A DNA stretch of 64,000 nt from contig CM022671.1 in NCBI GenBank assembly GCA_012295275.1, positions 3,224,001 to 3,288,000 of the forward strand, written 5' to 3'. Below, piece by piece: positions 41,520 to 55,151 of the stretch. Source of the stretch: Chrysomallon squamiferum. Taxonomy: Eukaryota > Animalia > Mollusca. How positions within the stretch are numbered: the stretch's first letter is position 1; every line of letters begins with the position of its first letter. The notes beneath the pieces were generated by a model. It worked only from the letters and a program-made list of their open reading frames with translations, did not search any database and had not been told where the DNA came from. A program made the translations under genes and the position numbers.

Positions 41520-41920
41520 CAGGACATATCAGTTATAACCTGCAAATAAGAGAGAGAGAAAATTGTTAAATTGAAAACACAAAGAAGTTAATTCCAGTAA
41601 ACCTTTTCCAAAGTATGCCTGTTTTAATAAATGCACAAATTCAACACGTGAGAAATGAAAATCGGAAACGGAAATACAATATGAATATGCATGGCATATC
41701 AATAAATGTAGTAAAATAATTAAATAAAAAGCCTGCTTATAACTCAGGAAATGTTGTTTTTAATTGTTGCAAAATACATGGCTAATTTTAATTTATTGAG
41801 ACGTTCTCTTTTTGCTGTCGTAAAAATATTTCGGTAAGATGGAAAAAGGTCGTGCTTCCGGGTCAGTTGTCAAATAGATGATAACAATGTTATTAGTTCA
41901 GTCTGAACATTATTTTAAAA
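41520..41920. promoter_or_regulatory. Bidirectional promoter for TRMT10C and TXNL4B
   Basis: About 700 bp separate the divergent start codons. Contains E-box CACGTG (~41645), ETS-like CGGAAACGGAAAT (~41663) and CTTCCGGG (~41856). Confidence 0.6.
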
Positions 41921-43286
41921 ATGAGTTATTTACTGCCTCGTTTATCTACGAAAAGAGAAGTTGACGAAGTAATTAGGAAAACAGAAGATCTTGTTCTTGT
42001 TCTTCGGTTCGGAAAAGACGATGACCAGAACTGTTTGCAACTCGATGACATAGAAAGTTTCAATTTTAAATAAATAAATTACTGAATTAGTGAATTACAA
42101 AATAAAATATCGTAGACGTATACTCAGTACTGAATAGTGTATAGTTCTACATTTTATTTACCATGTTTATTTCACTTTTACAAGTCTTATTTGATTTGAA
42201 ATACATTCTAAATGCAATTTATAAATTTGTACATGTCTACTCCTGACAAAAATTATATTTTCAAATGTTCCAACCATACTAAAAATATTCGATATATTAT
42301 TATTATATTTCACCGACTTCAGTGTTTCATTATATTTATTAGGCTCTTTTAAAATCCATGTAATATAGCGAACTTAAAATTAAAGATATATTGTGGGAAA
42401 CAACAAAATAATAAATAATAAATACAAATTATAATTTTATATTATTATTATTTTATTATATTAAAAAAATAAAAAGTAATAATAATATTATTATTACTTT
42501 TTAATTTATTTTATTATAATTATTATATTATTATTATTATTACTTTTTATTTATTTTTATTATTATTATTTTTTTTTTTTTTTTTTTTTTTCATTTTCAG
42601 TTGGCAAAAGCTTCCCCAGAATTGGTCAACATGGCAGTTATCTATGTGGTTGATGTTGAAGAAGTTCCTGTATATATGACCTACTTTGATATAACTTTAT
42701 ACCCAGCTACAATATTTTTCTTCAATGCACAACACATTAAAGTGGACTGGGGGTAAGTACCTCATGGAATGTATTTATATGGCAAATACAATTTTTATGA
42801 GTTTTTGCAAGATTAATGATTTCAATATGGCAACTGAATTATGTCCTGTGCCTGCAACTATTGCACATCACTGTAACCACAGGCTGCAGTACATGTCATT
42901 AAATGTGCAAATATGCTTATAAAAATTGTTCATAGTAGTTAGAAAATACAGTAATTTCAGAGATACGAATGAAAAAAGTGTTGTCACTGAACCAAATACA
43001 TTTTTTTAACTTTTTTTATTCACAAGAATTCTTTATTTTAATCAGTTAATTATTAATGTCAAAGTATTTTTTGTTCTTCTTTTGTAGTGATAAAGTTATT
43101 ATTTATTGTTTTGTTTTCAGCACACCTGATCATACAAAATTTATTGGTAGTTTTAAAAGAAAACAAGACTTCATTGATGTTGTGGAAACAATATATCGAG
43201 GAGCAATGAAAGGAAAGGTTATGGTTAAGAGTCCACTGGATCCACGAGACATCCCAAAATATGAACTCATATATAAAGATATTTAA
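41921..43286 (+). CDS. TXNL4B: Thioredoxin-like 4B (Dim2), U5 snRNP-related protein
   Basis: Exons 41921-42052, 42601-42752 and 43121-43286 give [44 protein letters not shown]|LAKASPEL...[13 protein letters not shown]|[54 protein letters not shown] (149 aa), collinear with human TXNL4B as recalled. Intron 1 begins with GA. Confidence 0.95.
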
Positions 43287-44696
43287 AAAGAACTACATAT
43301 ACATAAAGAAATTATTCAGCAAATCTTAATTGTTATTAGAATACCTGGTGCATTATGCAGTCAAACACAACAAAAGAAAAAAAAGCAAATATCTCAGGAG
43401 CATTTTTCACAATCTGGATTTTCAAGCATGTTCAAAATTATTATTTTTTTATAATCTGAATAAGACTGCAGTAAACAACAGAATTAAAAATAACTAGAAT
43501 CAGCAAAGCAGTGCCAGCTGTCTCAAAGATATGAAGAGGTTGATTGTAGAAAAAACCCAAACCAGCTGTGGAAGAGAAACTGGAACTTTCAGATATCATT
43601 ATGGAATTAATCTGTGATAGTCCATCACTGATATAATTAATCTCTAACAGTGACTGCAGGCTAGTAATGAGATGTTTATTGTGATTAACAAAAATGAATT
43701 TTATGGAGTGGTAAATTACAGTTTCAAAACAGCTTTTAAAAACCCTTAATCTGGATGAAGAGAACAAGACTGAATATGATGGGGTGCAACACTTGTTTTG
43801 TTGCAATAACAGAATTTAAATGCTCTCTTCTGATAGTCTTTGAGGTCATCTTTAGAACTGATATCCACTGACAAAATTGTTATGTGTGTACTCTACAGTT
43901 TTGTAATCAAAACATTTGATAATTCATTACTATTGTATAAAATAAAAAATATTTTCTCAGTATGTTATTGTCACCAAATTATTATATACATTACATAAAC
44001 TTTAGGCAGTTATAAGTAAAATGACAACCCATTTTCAATTCATTAATATGCTTTTTATTACATACTCAGTATTAACAATAAATATTTATATTTCAAAATA
44101 TTTTTTTATATATATACCTAAATAAAATTCTTAACATGCAATAAATCATAATTGATTATTTTGTTAAAAATTCAGTTCAAGATGTGCTGCTTCTAAACAG
44201 ATCCCTGCTTATTTCTAACAAGCAGGTTTTACAGAATAATACTTCATGAACGGCAAATATACATTTTTTTGTGGTTTTTTAGTTTTTTAAGACATCAGTT
44301 TCTGAGAGTGGTTTTGACTAATTGCATATTCTTATTTTATAATGCTATTCAAAGGGAAATATATTTTTGATTTTGTCAAAGAGACTGTAGATCAGCTGTC
44401 CAGTGAGAAAATCTGAGACAGAATTTTCAGACAATAGGTGAGTATAATAATACTTCTTTGGTATAAATTATAATGTATTTTGCAAGAAAGTGTATTTTAA
44501 AAACTAGCAGCAGTTGCAGAATTTTATCAGTGTGTTTGCACTTGGATGAATGCACATGAACAATGAAGGTATTTCTATAAGGTGTGTGTGTGTTATGCAT
44601 ATAAAAATGTAGAATAATTGACAATCACATGAAATATTCACAAGTAGGTTATCACTATTAATGCTTTAACAACTAAGCGAACATATCCAAGTTTTA

Positions 44697-47600
44697 TCAG
44701 CTGCAGCCTGGTTTTGTGTCTGTGCTATCTTCTTCACTGTCTTGATTCAGCAGTTCATAATCATCCTGAGGGAAATCCCACAGTTCAATCAGTGCTGACC
44801 CTGAAATTAAACAAAAATTTGATTCTACATTAATTCAACAATTTAAATACATTCTGTTTATTCACAAATATATCTTCTGTATCTTTACACCAGTTTCTTA
44901 ATAGCAAAGTATGACATAAAATGACAATGAAGCAAGCTGATGGTAATTCATTTTTAATTTATTATTTCACTAAGAGAAGTGAACTGTTTTAACTGAAAAA
45001 TTAGTAAATTATTGGAATGATTTACTGCATGTATTAGACTATAAAGGTTATTTCCTCATATCTTAAACATCTCAAATCAATGAAATAACAAAACCAATAC
45101 GAATAATTGCAAACTAGACTGTCAGACTTACATTCATTGCTATAAAACTTTGACTTTGTCTTTAAAAGAGACACAAGGCCACACACCAGGCTGACATACT
45201 GATGCTGCACCTCCTGATGTTTGTCTGTGAACTGATCATCATGTTGTGATATCTGATGTAACAACATCAGTCCCTTACACAACAACGTCAAATCATCGTC
45301 ATTGGGGACAGCATGGTAATAATCCAACACACAACACAACATTGTAATAACTGACTGGATTATCTGCAATGTGACAAATAATTTCACTAAACAAAACATT
45401 AATTATTAACAACAGGTAATATTTTTGTGTTACAAAACATTTTTTAAATTGGACCCCCCAAAAAACAACAAATGTTAATGACAAAATACTATCTCTACAT
45501 TTAATCACATTCGTAGCATATTCATAGCAAAATGTTACATAAAACTAAAAAAAAAGCCTTAAATTAAATAAAAAAAAATGTACCTCAATACTGCAATGGC
45601 AATCTGTATCAAGTAGAATTCTAACGTAACTGCCTTGGCTGCATGCAATATTACATATACAATTTATTACCTGAAATTTAAAATTTGTATAAACTTCAAA
45701 GGAATTGTTTCTACTATTAAAGGTTGACATTAAAATAATACCAAGAATATACACAGAGTTTGTTATCTTCCCTTGATGACAACAGCATTTTGAAGATAAA
45801 AACATTTATGACTGGTCAGAAAACCATTGTAGATTGCTGAAGCTGTCTCTGTTTTTGGATGTATAAAAACAATATAAAATATTCTTAACACACTGTGCCA
45901 TTGTAAGTTCACTTGAAAGAACAATTCTAGCAAAATATTTCAAATTATTTTACAAACAGTCCTATAATGTTCCATTTCAGATTATTAAACAAATCCATTA
46001 TAATTACATCAAAATACTGAGTATTCACTTGACCACAAAGCTTAAGTCAGTTAAAATATTTGTCAAATATGCTTAAAACCTACTTCTTTATAGATAGCTA
46101 TTTTCATCACAGTCTCAGTTTCTTCAAAGTTTTTTATACTTAGAAGATACATTGTCAGCAAAGGGCAGCTTTCTGCAAAAAATATAAGTTGCATATCGAT
46201 AATCCACTAATTCAGGATTTATAAATAAAATTTAGAAAGCTATAAATAAATAGTGCTTGCATGATAAATTTAAAAATAAATTTAGGAAACCACTTTGATT
46301 CATAACCTATCCACTTTTAATGCTGACATTCTACGTTTTAATCGGAGCCTTTTATTACGTAACTAATCTAACCTATTCTCTTGGTTTCTTTAGCTTGTCT
46401 TTTTTCAGTCTAAATTATAATTGTATTTTCTTTAAGACTTCTAAGCACAATTTTAGTATTTTAATATATTTTAAATATACAACATTAGATATTTAACCTA
46501 TCTAAGTATAAAGATTCAGATAAAATGTGATAGGATTACCTGACTTAGTACATAAAGAAGATGAAATCTGGGGTGAGTGACAAAGATGGCGTAACAACTT
46601 GACAGCGGCCAAAATAATGGATGGAAAATTCTCACATTCAAAGCAATTGTTAATCACACCTTGTGTTATAGCTGGTTTTAACCTGTTCACAGTGAATAAG
46701 TTAAAATAAGAGGAGAAACAAAATGGGTAGACGAAAAAAAATATAATGTATACAAAGTCACAGAAAAAAAGATTATAATAGTAATTTATACATTTTATTT
46801 TCAAAAATGAACATTTACTGATTATTCCTGATATTAACCTACCTTTCACAGTTCAAATCTGATAGAGGACTAGCAAGTGATAAAAATACACCCAGTGCTT
46901 CCAAAACTATAAGTGGATTACAGGTACAAGTCTGGAAATATAGGATATATTATTAAATGATTTATAAATAAAATAAAAGTCTTAAATTTTTTTTAAAAAT
47001 AATGATTACCATTAAACGAGATAGTTTTGTTTTATAATAAGTTTTCTTAAATGTGATATTTCTATTTACTAAAGAACATAATTTATTTATGATTGCATAT
47101 CATCCTATTTCATAAAAAAGTCTGGACCTCATTTTTTAGAATCCAGAAAATATAAAATGTAATGTTTACTTAATGATCTTCATTGTACTGTTTGTTTTTG
47201 GTTTATATTGTTTTTATTTACCTCCTGACCCTGTCCAGGGTTGGCTAGTCTTAGAACTTTCTGTAGCAGATTCATCTCTTCTAACTCATCAACAGAAATA
47301 ACAGAACATGTCAAAGAGCTTTCACCTGAAGAAACACTACCAAGATCAGTCTCCATAGAAACATGTTGAACCTGTTGAATTGTGTTTTTAAGACAATGAA
47401 TCTTGTGTACGTTCTCAAACCACTTTTAAAATGCAACAAAACTTAAGTTCTGGCTATAAGCAACCTATCATTTCTGTAACCAGTAAAAAATATTTTAAAG
47501 ATGAAATGCTTTTTCTAAATTCAGGCTTATTTTAAGATATTCATAATAACTAGGTATGAAGATTTTCTTTTTTTGCATTACAGTATCTGCAACAGAAAAA

Positions 47601-50374
47601 ATCTGAAGCAGCCTCTCTTAGGGCTACTTATCAGCTATGGATCTGATACATGGACTTTTCAAGAAAGAGAAGAGTAGATTATCACAGCTTTTAAAATATC
47701 AATTAACAGATGTGGCTAAATTATACATAAATGTGGATAACAGACACCAAAAACATTCAAATAAATAATATTTTATAATCAGTATTAAGTGGATGGTTAT
47801 TTAAACTGAACTATAAAAGACAAGTCTTAAAATTATATATACCTTTTTTGATGTTTCTTTAGTTCTGGGTTTTGTTGGATTTGATCTACAAATCCCATTT
47901 CTGCCTGTAAGTAAGAAATGTCTGACATCTGAACTGAATGACACAAGTTTGGATAAAGTTCTCAGTGATGTTAAACAGTAATGTTCCAAATTGTTAGCAC
48001 ATCGTTGACCATCCATTAACAACAATGACAAAGAACTGGTAAGTGATTCCAGAGAACTTGGACTTTCTGAACTGCTAGTCCATAATGAAGTACCTGAACC
48101 AGAAGGACTTGCTATGTTCTCTAACGATGAAGTGCTAAGCATGTCAATGTAATGGGACAAGTAACAGTTTAACAAAGGTAATATCAACACTGGGCCTTTT
48201 AGATATCCAGTAGCTACATCATCAACTGTCTCCACAGATGTTGATGTAGGTGTTGAGCTGACAGTTTCTGATAGAAGATGCTGAATGCCTCGAATTGCCA
48301 TGATGTAGAATTTTTGAGGAATAATTTGCTTTGGTTCAGATTTTTCTGCCTGTTGCAGATTTGTCTTAATGTCTGATAGTCTGAAATGATATGAACATGA
48401 AATAATATATTATATAAATATAAAAAGACCTATCTGAAATGATATGAACATGAAATAATATATTATATAAATATAAAAAGACCTAACAGTCCAATGATAA
48501 ATTTTCTGAATAACAGACTGGCAAAGCTGATCCCCAAATAATATTAAAATAACAATTCCATTTTCATGTAACTAATGAAATCTTTTAGATAACACAATAT
48601 ATTAAATAAAAATGTAAATATCCATATCTATTCAACAAGGATATAATTACCAATAAACAAAAATTTGAATAAACTGCCATTTTCTAAATGCTAAATACTG
48701 CCACAAAATTAAGAAAGATTTGCAAACCTTCTGTTTCTGACAGGAGACAATAAAAATGTACTGGCATCTCTTTCAAACAGAAATGTACGCACATCAACAG
48801 AGGTTGTTGGAGTCTGTAGCAATCCAATGATACTTTCATCTGTTTCTTTTGTTGATCCACGATCAGTTTGGATCAACTTTGAAACCAGCTGAGGTCCTGA
48901 AACACATCCTGTAAAAATTTACAAATTTACAAATAAAGGTACCCCAAAACATCCATATCTTTCACATTTAAAACTACTGAGATACTTTCTGTTCCAGAAA
49001 GCACTGAAATTTGTATCTGTTAAAATTATAGATACAGATGTCAATTACAGGATGTTTTTTTATTTTTAGTTTGTTAATTTTTTATTTTATTTTAATATGT
49101 ATGTTTTATTTAAATGTTAATTTCATCTAAAAGTGAAAAAATAACTAGGAAAACCTTCAGAATGTCTGACATTAAGAGACATCGTTCCTCCTCTTCTGTT
49201 AGTTTTGCATACTTCTGTTCTTGTCATGGTTTCTGAAACAATAATTTTGTTTAAAGACTGTTACAAGTCCTGCTGAGATGAGCACAGTTATGAATATAAA
49301 AAAAAATAGGAGTATTTAATAAATTCTGAACAATTATATATTTGTTTAAATTAATCAAATATTTGCCAGTCAAAGTATAAAATCTAATTTTCCTAATTTG
49401 TTTATACATGAGAATAAATTATTAATCAAGGTGTCATGTTCTACAATTTAAAACAATTTGTATACTGACAATCAGTACTCACGAGCATCTTTGAGCATGG
49501 AAACAGAATGAGATGTTTCTGGCTTGTCACTAGCTAAAAATGTCTCAGCAGTGGGAAAAGAAGACTTTTTCTTGGGAGATTTCTGTGACACAGCAGCTTT
49601 GCTTGTCACTTGACTTGCTGGTATTTGGCTGAGAGGTACACCTGAGTTCACCTTGTGATGCTGTTGGTCCATCTGTCGTAGCCTGTCCTGGAGTTCTTGA
49701 TACTCTCTTTCTTTAAACTGCAATTGTGTGTTCAGTTTTTCATTTTCAGCTTTGAGGGCTCGTTCTTTCTGATTTCTCTGAGTGTTTAGGTTCTGTACGT
49801 GTTCCAGTCGATCTTGCTGAGCCTGTTTCAGTTTCTCTCGCAGCATTTTGATTTCACCATCTTTTCCACATTCTTCTTCTTTACTTGACTTCAGCTGAAC
49901 AAATTTAATTAGTTGAAAAGTAAAAAAAAAAAAAAAAAATAAAATAATTACATGACTGGTAAAATAAATTAAAAAAAAAAAAATCACACAAAAAAAGATT
50001 TCAGTTGCAGTATCAATCAAATAAATGGAATAGATTTTAATAAAATGGCAACATTCTTACTTTTTTCATTAATAGTATTACATTATTTTGCTGGATCCAG
50101 TAAAAAGAAATGTATCATTGTTCATTAATTGTAATTAAAAAAAAATAAAAATATATATATATATATATAAATATTCAGTGAAAAGGATTATTACAAATAT
50201 TTGAATGGTTATTTAAAAAAAAATATCTAGGTTATATTAATAATTTTAAATTAAACAAATCAAAATGGTGGATGCACAATTAATGTTAAAAAACATGAAA
50301 AAGAAGTTTATATAACACAGAGGAACAAAATGGATTACAATATGTCAAAATGTTTAAATTATTTATTTTATTAC

Positions 50375-50429
<55 letters not shown>

Positions 50430-51089
50430 TAATATCTGAACATTACTGAAATAAAACGTTACATTTTTAAGTCCGAAAATAAGACAATAGTGGAGAACAT
50501 AACATATGGTAAATAGAACAAAATGTCTTTCAACTACTTCATATTCCTTTAATAAAAATAACAGAAATAATTAAAATCATTAAACTGAGCCTACTGCTGC
50601 TCGGAGATGTTCTAATTCTGACTGCAAAGCACGTAAATCTGGAGCAGATGATGCTGATGATGTCCTGTTGATATGTTCTTGTTTAGTACATAGCTGATTC
50701 AGACCTCCAGATGAACCTGAATGGCTGGAAATACTGGACAGTGACAGGTTGCTACGACTACTATTAGTTGTTGACCTTGGATATGCAGATGATGAAGATG
50801 TGTCAGATAGAAGTGATGCCGATGATGATCTTGACTTTTGGATAGATGAAGGTTGTAATGGCATGGTAAACTCAGACTGAACAGGAAGTGTATCTGACTG
50901 TGAATGAGTAATTATTTCATTTGATGACTGAGATATTACTTGGGAAGCAATGACATCCATGTAATCATAGACCTCTTGTGTGTATTCCTCCCAAACATCG
51001 TCCATCCCCTCCTGGCCAAAATCTGCATCTGTTCTGCGCCTCTTTTCTGCAGGAGCCTTTCCTTCTTCTTCATTGTTTCCACGAGACAT
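44697..51089 (-). CDS. ATRIP: ATR-interacting protein
   Basis: Approximate exons: 50595-51089, 49483-49894, 49155-49232, 48728-48908, 47843-48380, 47222-47370, 46843-46931, 46540-46682, 46084-46172, 45584-45670, 45132-45363, 44697-44800. Motifs: acidic N-terminus DVIASQ, coiled coil KDGEIKMLREKL...QLQFKERE, SFPTAETF, CPLLTMY, DCHCSIE, GLMLLHQISQHD and final ALIELWD. Confidence 0.88.
48380..48485. repeat. Perfect 53-bp tandem duplication containing an ATRIP 3' splice site
   Basis: tctgaaatgatatgaacatgaaataatatattatataaatataaaaagaccta at 48380 and 48433. Confidence 0.95.
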
Positions 51090-51629
51090 GTTGTATTATT
51101 TCTGTTTAATTCTAAAACAATATGAGCTAAGTCTGACATTGCTTATTTCTTTTTAGTAACAGATTCATACTGTTTGTGTATTGTAACGTACAAAAAGAAA
51201 AACTTTTGTCTTTATTATTCTTATTTATATTAAACAGTATTAACATAATTCTAACATACTCAGATCTGCGATATATTAAAGCAAGATTCAAGAAATATTT
51301 TTTTAAGAATAAACCGAAACAATGTTGATGCGGTAATCACTCACTGCATACCAGATTGAAATTCATAAGCCAGTGCATTAGAGAATCAACACTACCTTTT
51401 CATCACAAAGATTTGTCATGTGATTAAAGCAGTTAGTTTATATTAATTTTATAATTAATTATAGAATCTGGATCTGTAAAACTGAAACTTTAAAACATAA
51501 ACTATTAATTTAATATAATTTTGTAACACCAATTTATTCGTTCTGTTTTATATGTTAACACATGATCAACAAGTGTAAATTTATAAATGTTAACAGTTAT
51601 GTTTATACAATAAATTAAAATAAAATTCC

Positions 51630-51967
51630 AGCTATGGCATGGCGTTTGTAATCAACGAATAAAAACCGAATGGTTTCAGTCAGCTGTCACATTTTGCCGC
51701 CATTAGTTCGTTTGTTTATAGCAATTTCCTCCTCGATATATATCTATTTCGGTGAAAACTGCTAGAATCTGAAATGTTTTATATTTTCATTAATTTTCTT
51801 GTGTAAATTTCGTCTAATGTATCTGAATTTAAAGATACAAGAAATAATTAAACAGCAGATGACATAGAGAAATCGTCTTCAGGCTTCAGTTGTACAAACA
51901 CCGTCTACGCTTTTTTGACTGTGGATCTCCGAGAATTGGTCGATAATAGAAAAGAACAAACAGCAAA
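51630..51967. promoter_or_regulatory. Probable bidirectional promoter for ATRIP and NDUFB11
   Basis: Divergent starts about 880 bp apart, CpG enrichment, and YY1-like ATGGCG motifs (51639, and AAAATGGCG at the NDUFB11 start). Confidence 0.5.
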
Positions 51968-53514
51968 ATGGCGACGTTGTTGAGGGCAATTGCCCGACAA
52001 GGTCGGGCATTTACTTTGATGTCTACTAAACGTTGCCCTAATATACAACATGTTTCTTGTATTTCAACATCAAAGAAAAATAAAGATATTTCTGTAACAG
52101 TGGATCCAATGCAAAAGTCGGAAGAACTGAAAAAATTAGAAGAACACTTTGCAGAGGACAACCCGGAGTCGGCTAAGGTATGAAATAATGAATAGTGTTC
52201 AATAGTGAATAGACGGTTTTATTTTATTACTATCATAAATACACTGTACATTTTACAGGAACAAAGAAAAAAAATAAAAATAAAACCGTTATAGTCTAAT
52301 GCTTTAAAATTTAAATGAAGAAAATATTAAAAATTGCAAAAAAATGTATGATTATGACTATGAGTATGAGTATCATTATCATACTCCATAGTATGATAGT
52401 ATGGTTCTATAACTAAGTATGAATGTATAGTTGTATGAGTATAAATAACGTTCAAAAAGAATAATAATGAAACATATATATATAATTATATACATATCTA
52501 TCTTGCTTTCTGAGCTTTGCCCAGCTCCAAGATAACAAGCAATTTGTAAAATTCCATTCCTTAGTTCCTATGTCTAGGGTATTATTGCGGTCTTACAAAG
52601 TACTGTACCTGTGACTTTTCTAATTACAATTTTTACATTCAAATGTGAAGTGCAGAAACTTAAAAAAGAATGTTATTTTATGACTGAAATTTCCAATTCT
52701 TTTGTCTGTTTCAAATTGGGATATATATTGCTCTTAAATGTTTGTGTCTCAGGTTTTTTGAAAACTTGTGAAATGTAACAAAACTTAATTTCTTAATACA
52801 ATGGCATATTGATATATTATACAGATTGCTAATCCTTTTTCATTGAGTATTGTTAATTTAGTTATATGTTAAATCTATATATTATAAGGCCAGATATTAA
52901 AGTTGAATTACTATTGATGTTGTGTTTTTTTTGTTTTTTTGTCTCACAGAACTGGATATCATATGGATATGAAATAACTGATCCAGATTTGGATCGATTT
53001 GTACACAACATCACTATGTTTCTGGGTGTGACCTTGTGCATATGCTGGGGAGGTTTCATCCTGGCTTACATGCCTGATCATGGGTAATAATTTGCTGTTT
53101 CTATTTATAAACAGGAACAAAAAAGTGACAGATAAATATTTGTATGCAATTTTTATTTTAGCATCAATTTTAATTTTAATATTTTCATCTTCATTTTCCT
53201 TCTTTTTTTTTAAATTATTTACTAAATTTTATTATTGCATTGTATAATTTTAGTTGTAGATTAAATTAATTAAACACAAACTTCAGTTCTAACATAAAAC
53301 CAATGCATGTTCATTAGAATTCTAATTTTTGAAAAATTATTTTAAATTCTTTTGCAGGTCATTACATTGGGCAACTCGGGAAGCTTACTTGGAAATAGAA
53401 CGACGTGAGAAAAATGGCTTACCTCTTGTTGACCCTGAGCTTATACCCTTGGAAAAAATAAAATCTCATTTGCCATCAGATGAGGAACTGGGTGACACAG
53501 AAATTATCATCTGA
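51968..53514 (+). CDS. NDUFB11: NADH dehydrogenase (ubiquinone) 1 beta subcomplex subunit 11 (ESSS/NP15.6)
   Basis: Exons 51968-52177, 52950-53083 and 53358-53514. Mitochondrial presequence, NWISYGY, one TM segment ending FILAYMPD, then WATREAYLEIERREKNGLPLVDP and LPSDEELGDTEIII. Confidence 0.93.
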
Positions 53515-54888
53515 GACTATCTACAGACTATGTTATAGCAAAGCATACTGTTTTCTGGAAACATCACGAAAATTTAAAGAAAAAACATTTTGATAGTAAA
53601 TTTATCCTTTCTGTGAGTTAGCTGTAAATATGTGACATGATAGTTTGTAATATGCATCATTAATAAATGCATTGATTTACTATACTGGTTATGTTATTTA
53701 GGTTTATCAAAAATACACTGAGATTGTCATAGACTGATTATATATCATCCACCAGTCAAATGTACAATAATACAGTTTTATGAATTGAGTCAATATTTTG
53801 GTCCTGTTTTTTGGCCTTACACAAGAATAGTATACTGTCATACAAAACAGGTTTCTGTTATCCCCAGAATAAAAAAAAATCTGATATTTTTATATAATTC
53901 TCTTTCATTGGTAGTAACTCACTAAATATGTTACATTGCTGTGGATAATCTACAGACAGGATGGTTAGTGTAAGAACTGAATGTTATTATTACCCAAATT
54001 CATGTATGTCATAAATAAAATTATCTTTTTAATCCTGTGTACTTCACTTCATCCTGTCTTTTCTGTTTATCTTCACTTAACACTGCTGAGTAACTAAGCA
54101 CTGCAACTTAGCTATGAGAAGAGAATAATTTAAAACTGCTTAATCAAAATAGATTGCTTAGTATGCCCACTGGGCTGTTTCCCATTTTCAGCCATAATTT
54201 TGTGTTTAACATCCTGTGGTGTAAGTGTGAATATATGTTTTGGCACTGCATTTATGTTAATAATAATTAAACACCATACATGATTTTCTAATGACTAAAC
54301 AGAAGAAACAAGCCTTCATCGCTCTATGAGTTACAACTGACAAGAAAGCTTGTTAACATTGCTGACTACAAACTGATCATTTCATACATTTTAAATTTAA
54401 TAGGTGTTAAATATAATTTTATTTAATTAAAAGAAAGAATATCTCATGCAACTAATCCATGGTTATTCTTTCTGATTAAGAATGAAGTTTTATATATATA
54501 TACATGTATTATATGGCTACATTTGTCTGGAAAACAAATACTGTAAGATATGGATATATTACTGAGATAGCTAATTACGCAATCTTAATACAAAATGTAC
54601 ATCCCTAAATGAAAAATGCTTGTGGCTTGAAATGCTTTTAATATTGAAACATACTGAAAATAAGACCCTGGTCTAAACAAGAATCGATCTCTGTTTTGCA
54701 TATTGCATATATATATATATATAAAAAAAAATATATATATACACACACACACATAGCCAGTATGTAACCTTTTACAGGATTTGTTAATAACAGATATGTG
54801 CATGAACCATTAGAATTAAACTGACAGTAACAACTGATTAATGTAGTTTTGGATTTCTGATAAGGGATGCTCAGCTTGAAGCTATATA

Positions 54889-55151
54889 CAGATTGAAGAT
54901 ACCTTATCCAAAAAATTTTCCCAGCAGCAGAAAGTGTGATACCTTACAGTTTTCTTATTGTTTTGCCTACACAATCTTTATTTTAAACACTATTTAAAAA
55001 AAAAAAAAAAATTGTATAAGCTATGTATAAAACATAAACTGAATTTGAATTTAGACTTGGATCCTATTCTCAGGCTATCTCCTTACATTCCAAAATGTGA
55101 AAAATAGTGAAATCCATTCTCAAGCATTTCGGATAAAGGATTCTCAGTCTA
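54889..55151. mobile_element. Degenerate Tigger4/Zombi (MER46)-like non-autonomous DNA transposon, plus an adjacent TIR fragment at ~54847-54878
   Basis: 5' ta|cagattgaagataccttatccaaaa and 3' aagcatttcggataaaggattctcagtcta|ta form imperfect TIRs. The interior tttagacttggatcctattctcaggctatctc...ttccaaaatgtgaaaaat resembles the MER46/Tigger4 consensus as remembered. Confidence 0.65.

Noticed and set aside
43441-43806. 121-aa minus-strand ORF
   Set aside because: It lies in the convergent 3' UTR region of TXNL4B and ATRIP, has a non-ATG start and shows no recognisable homology.
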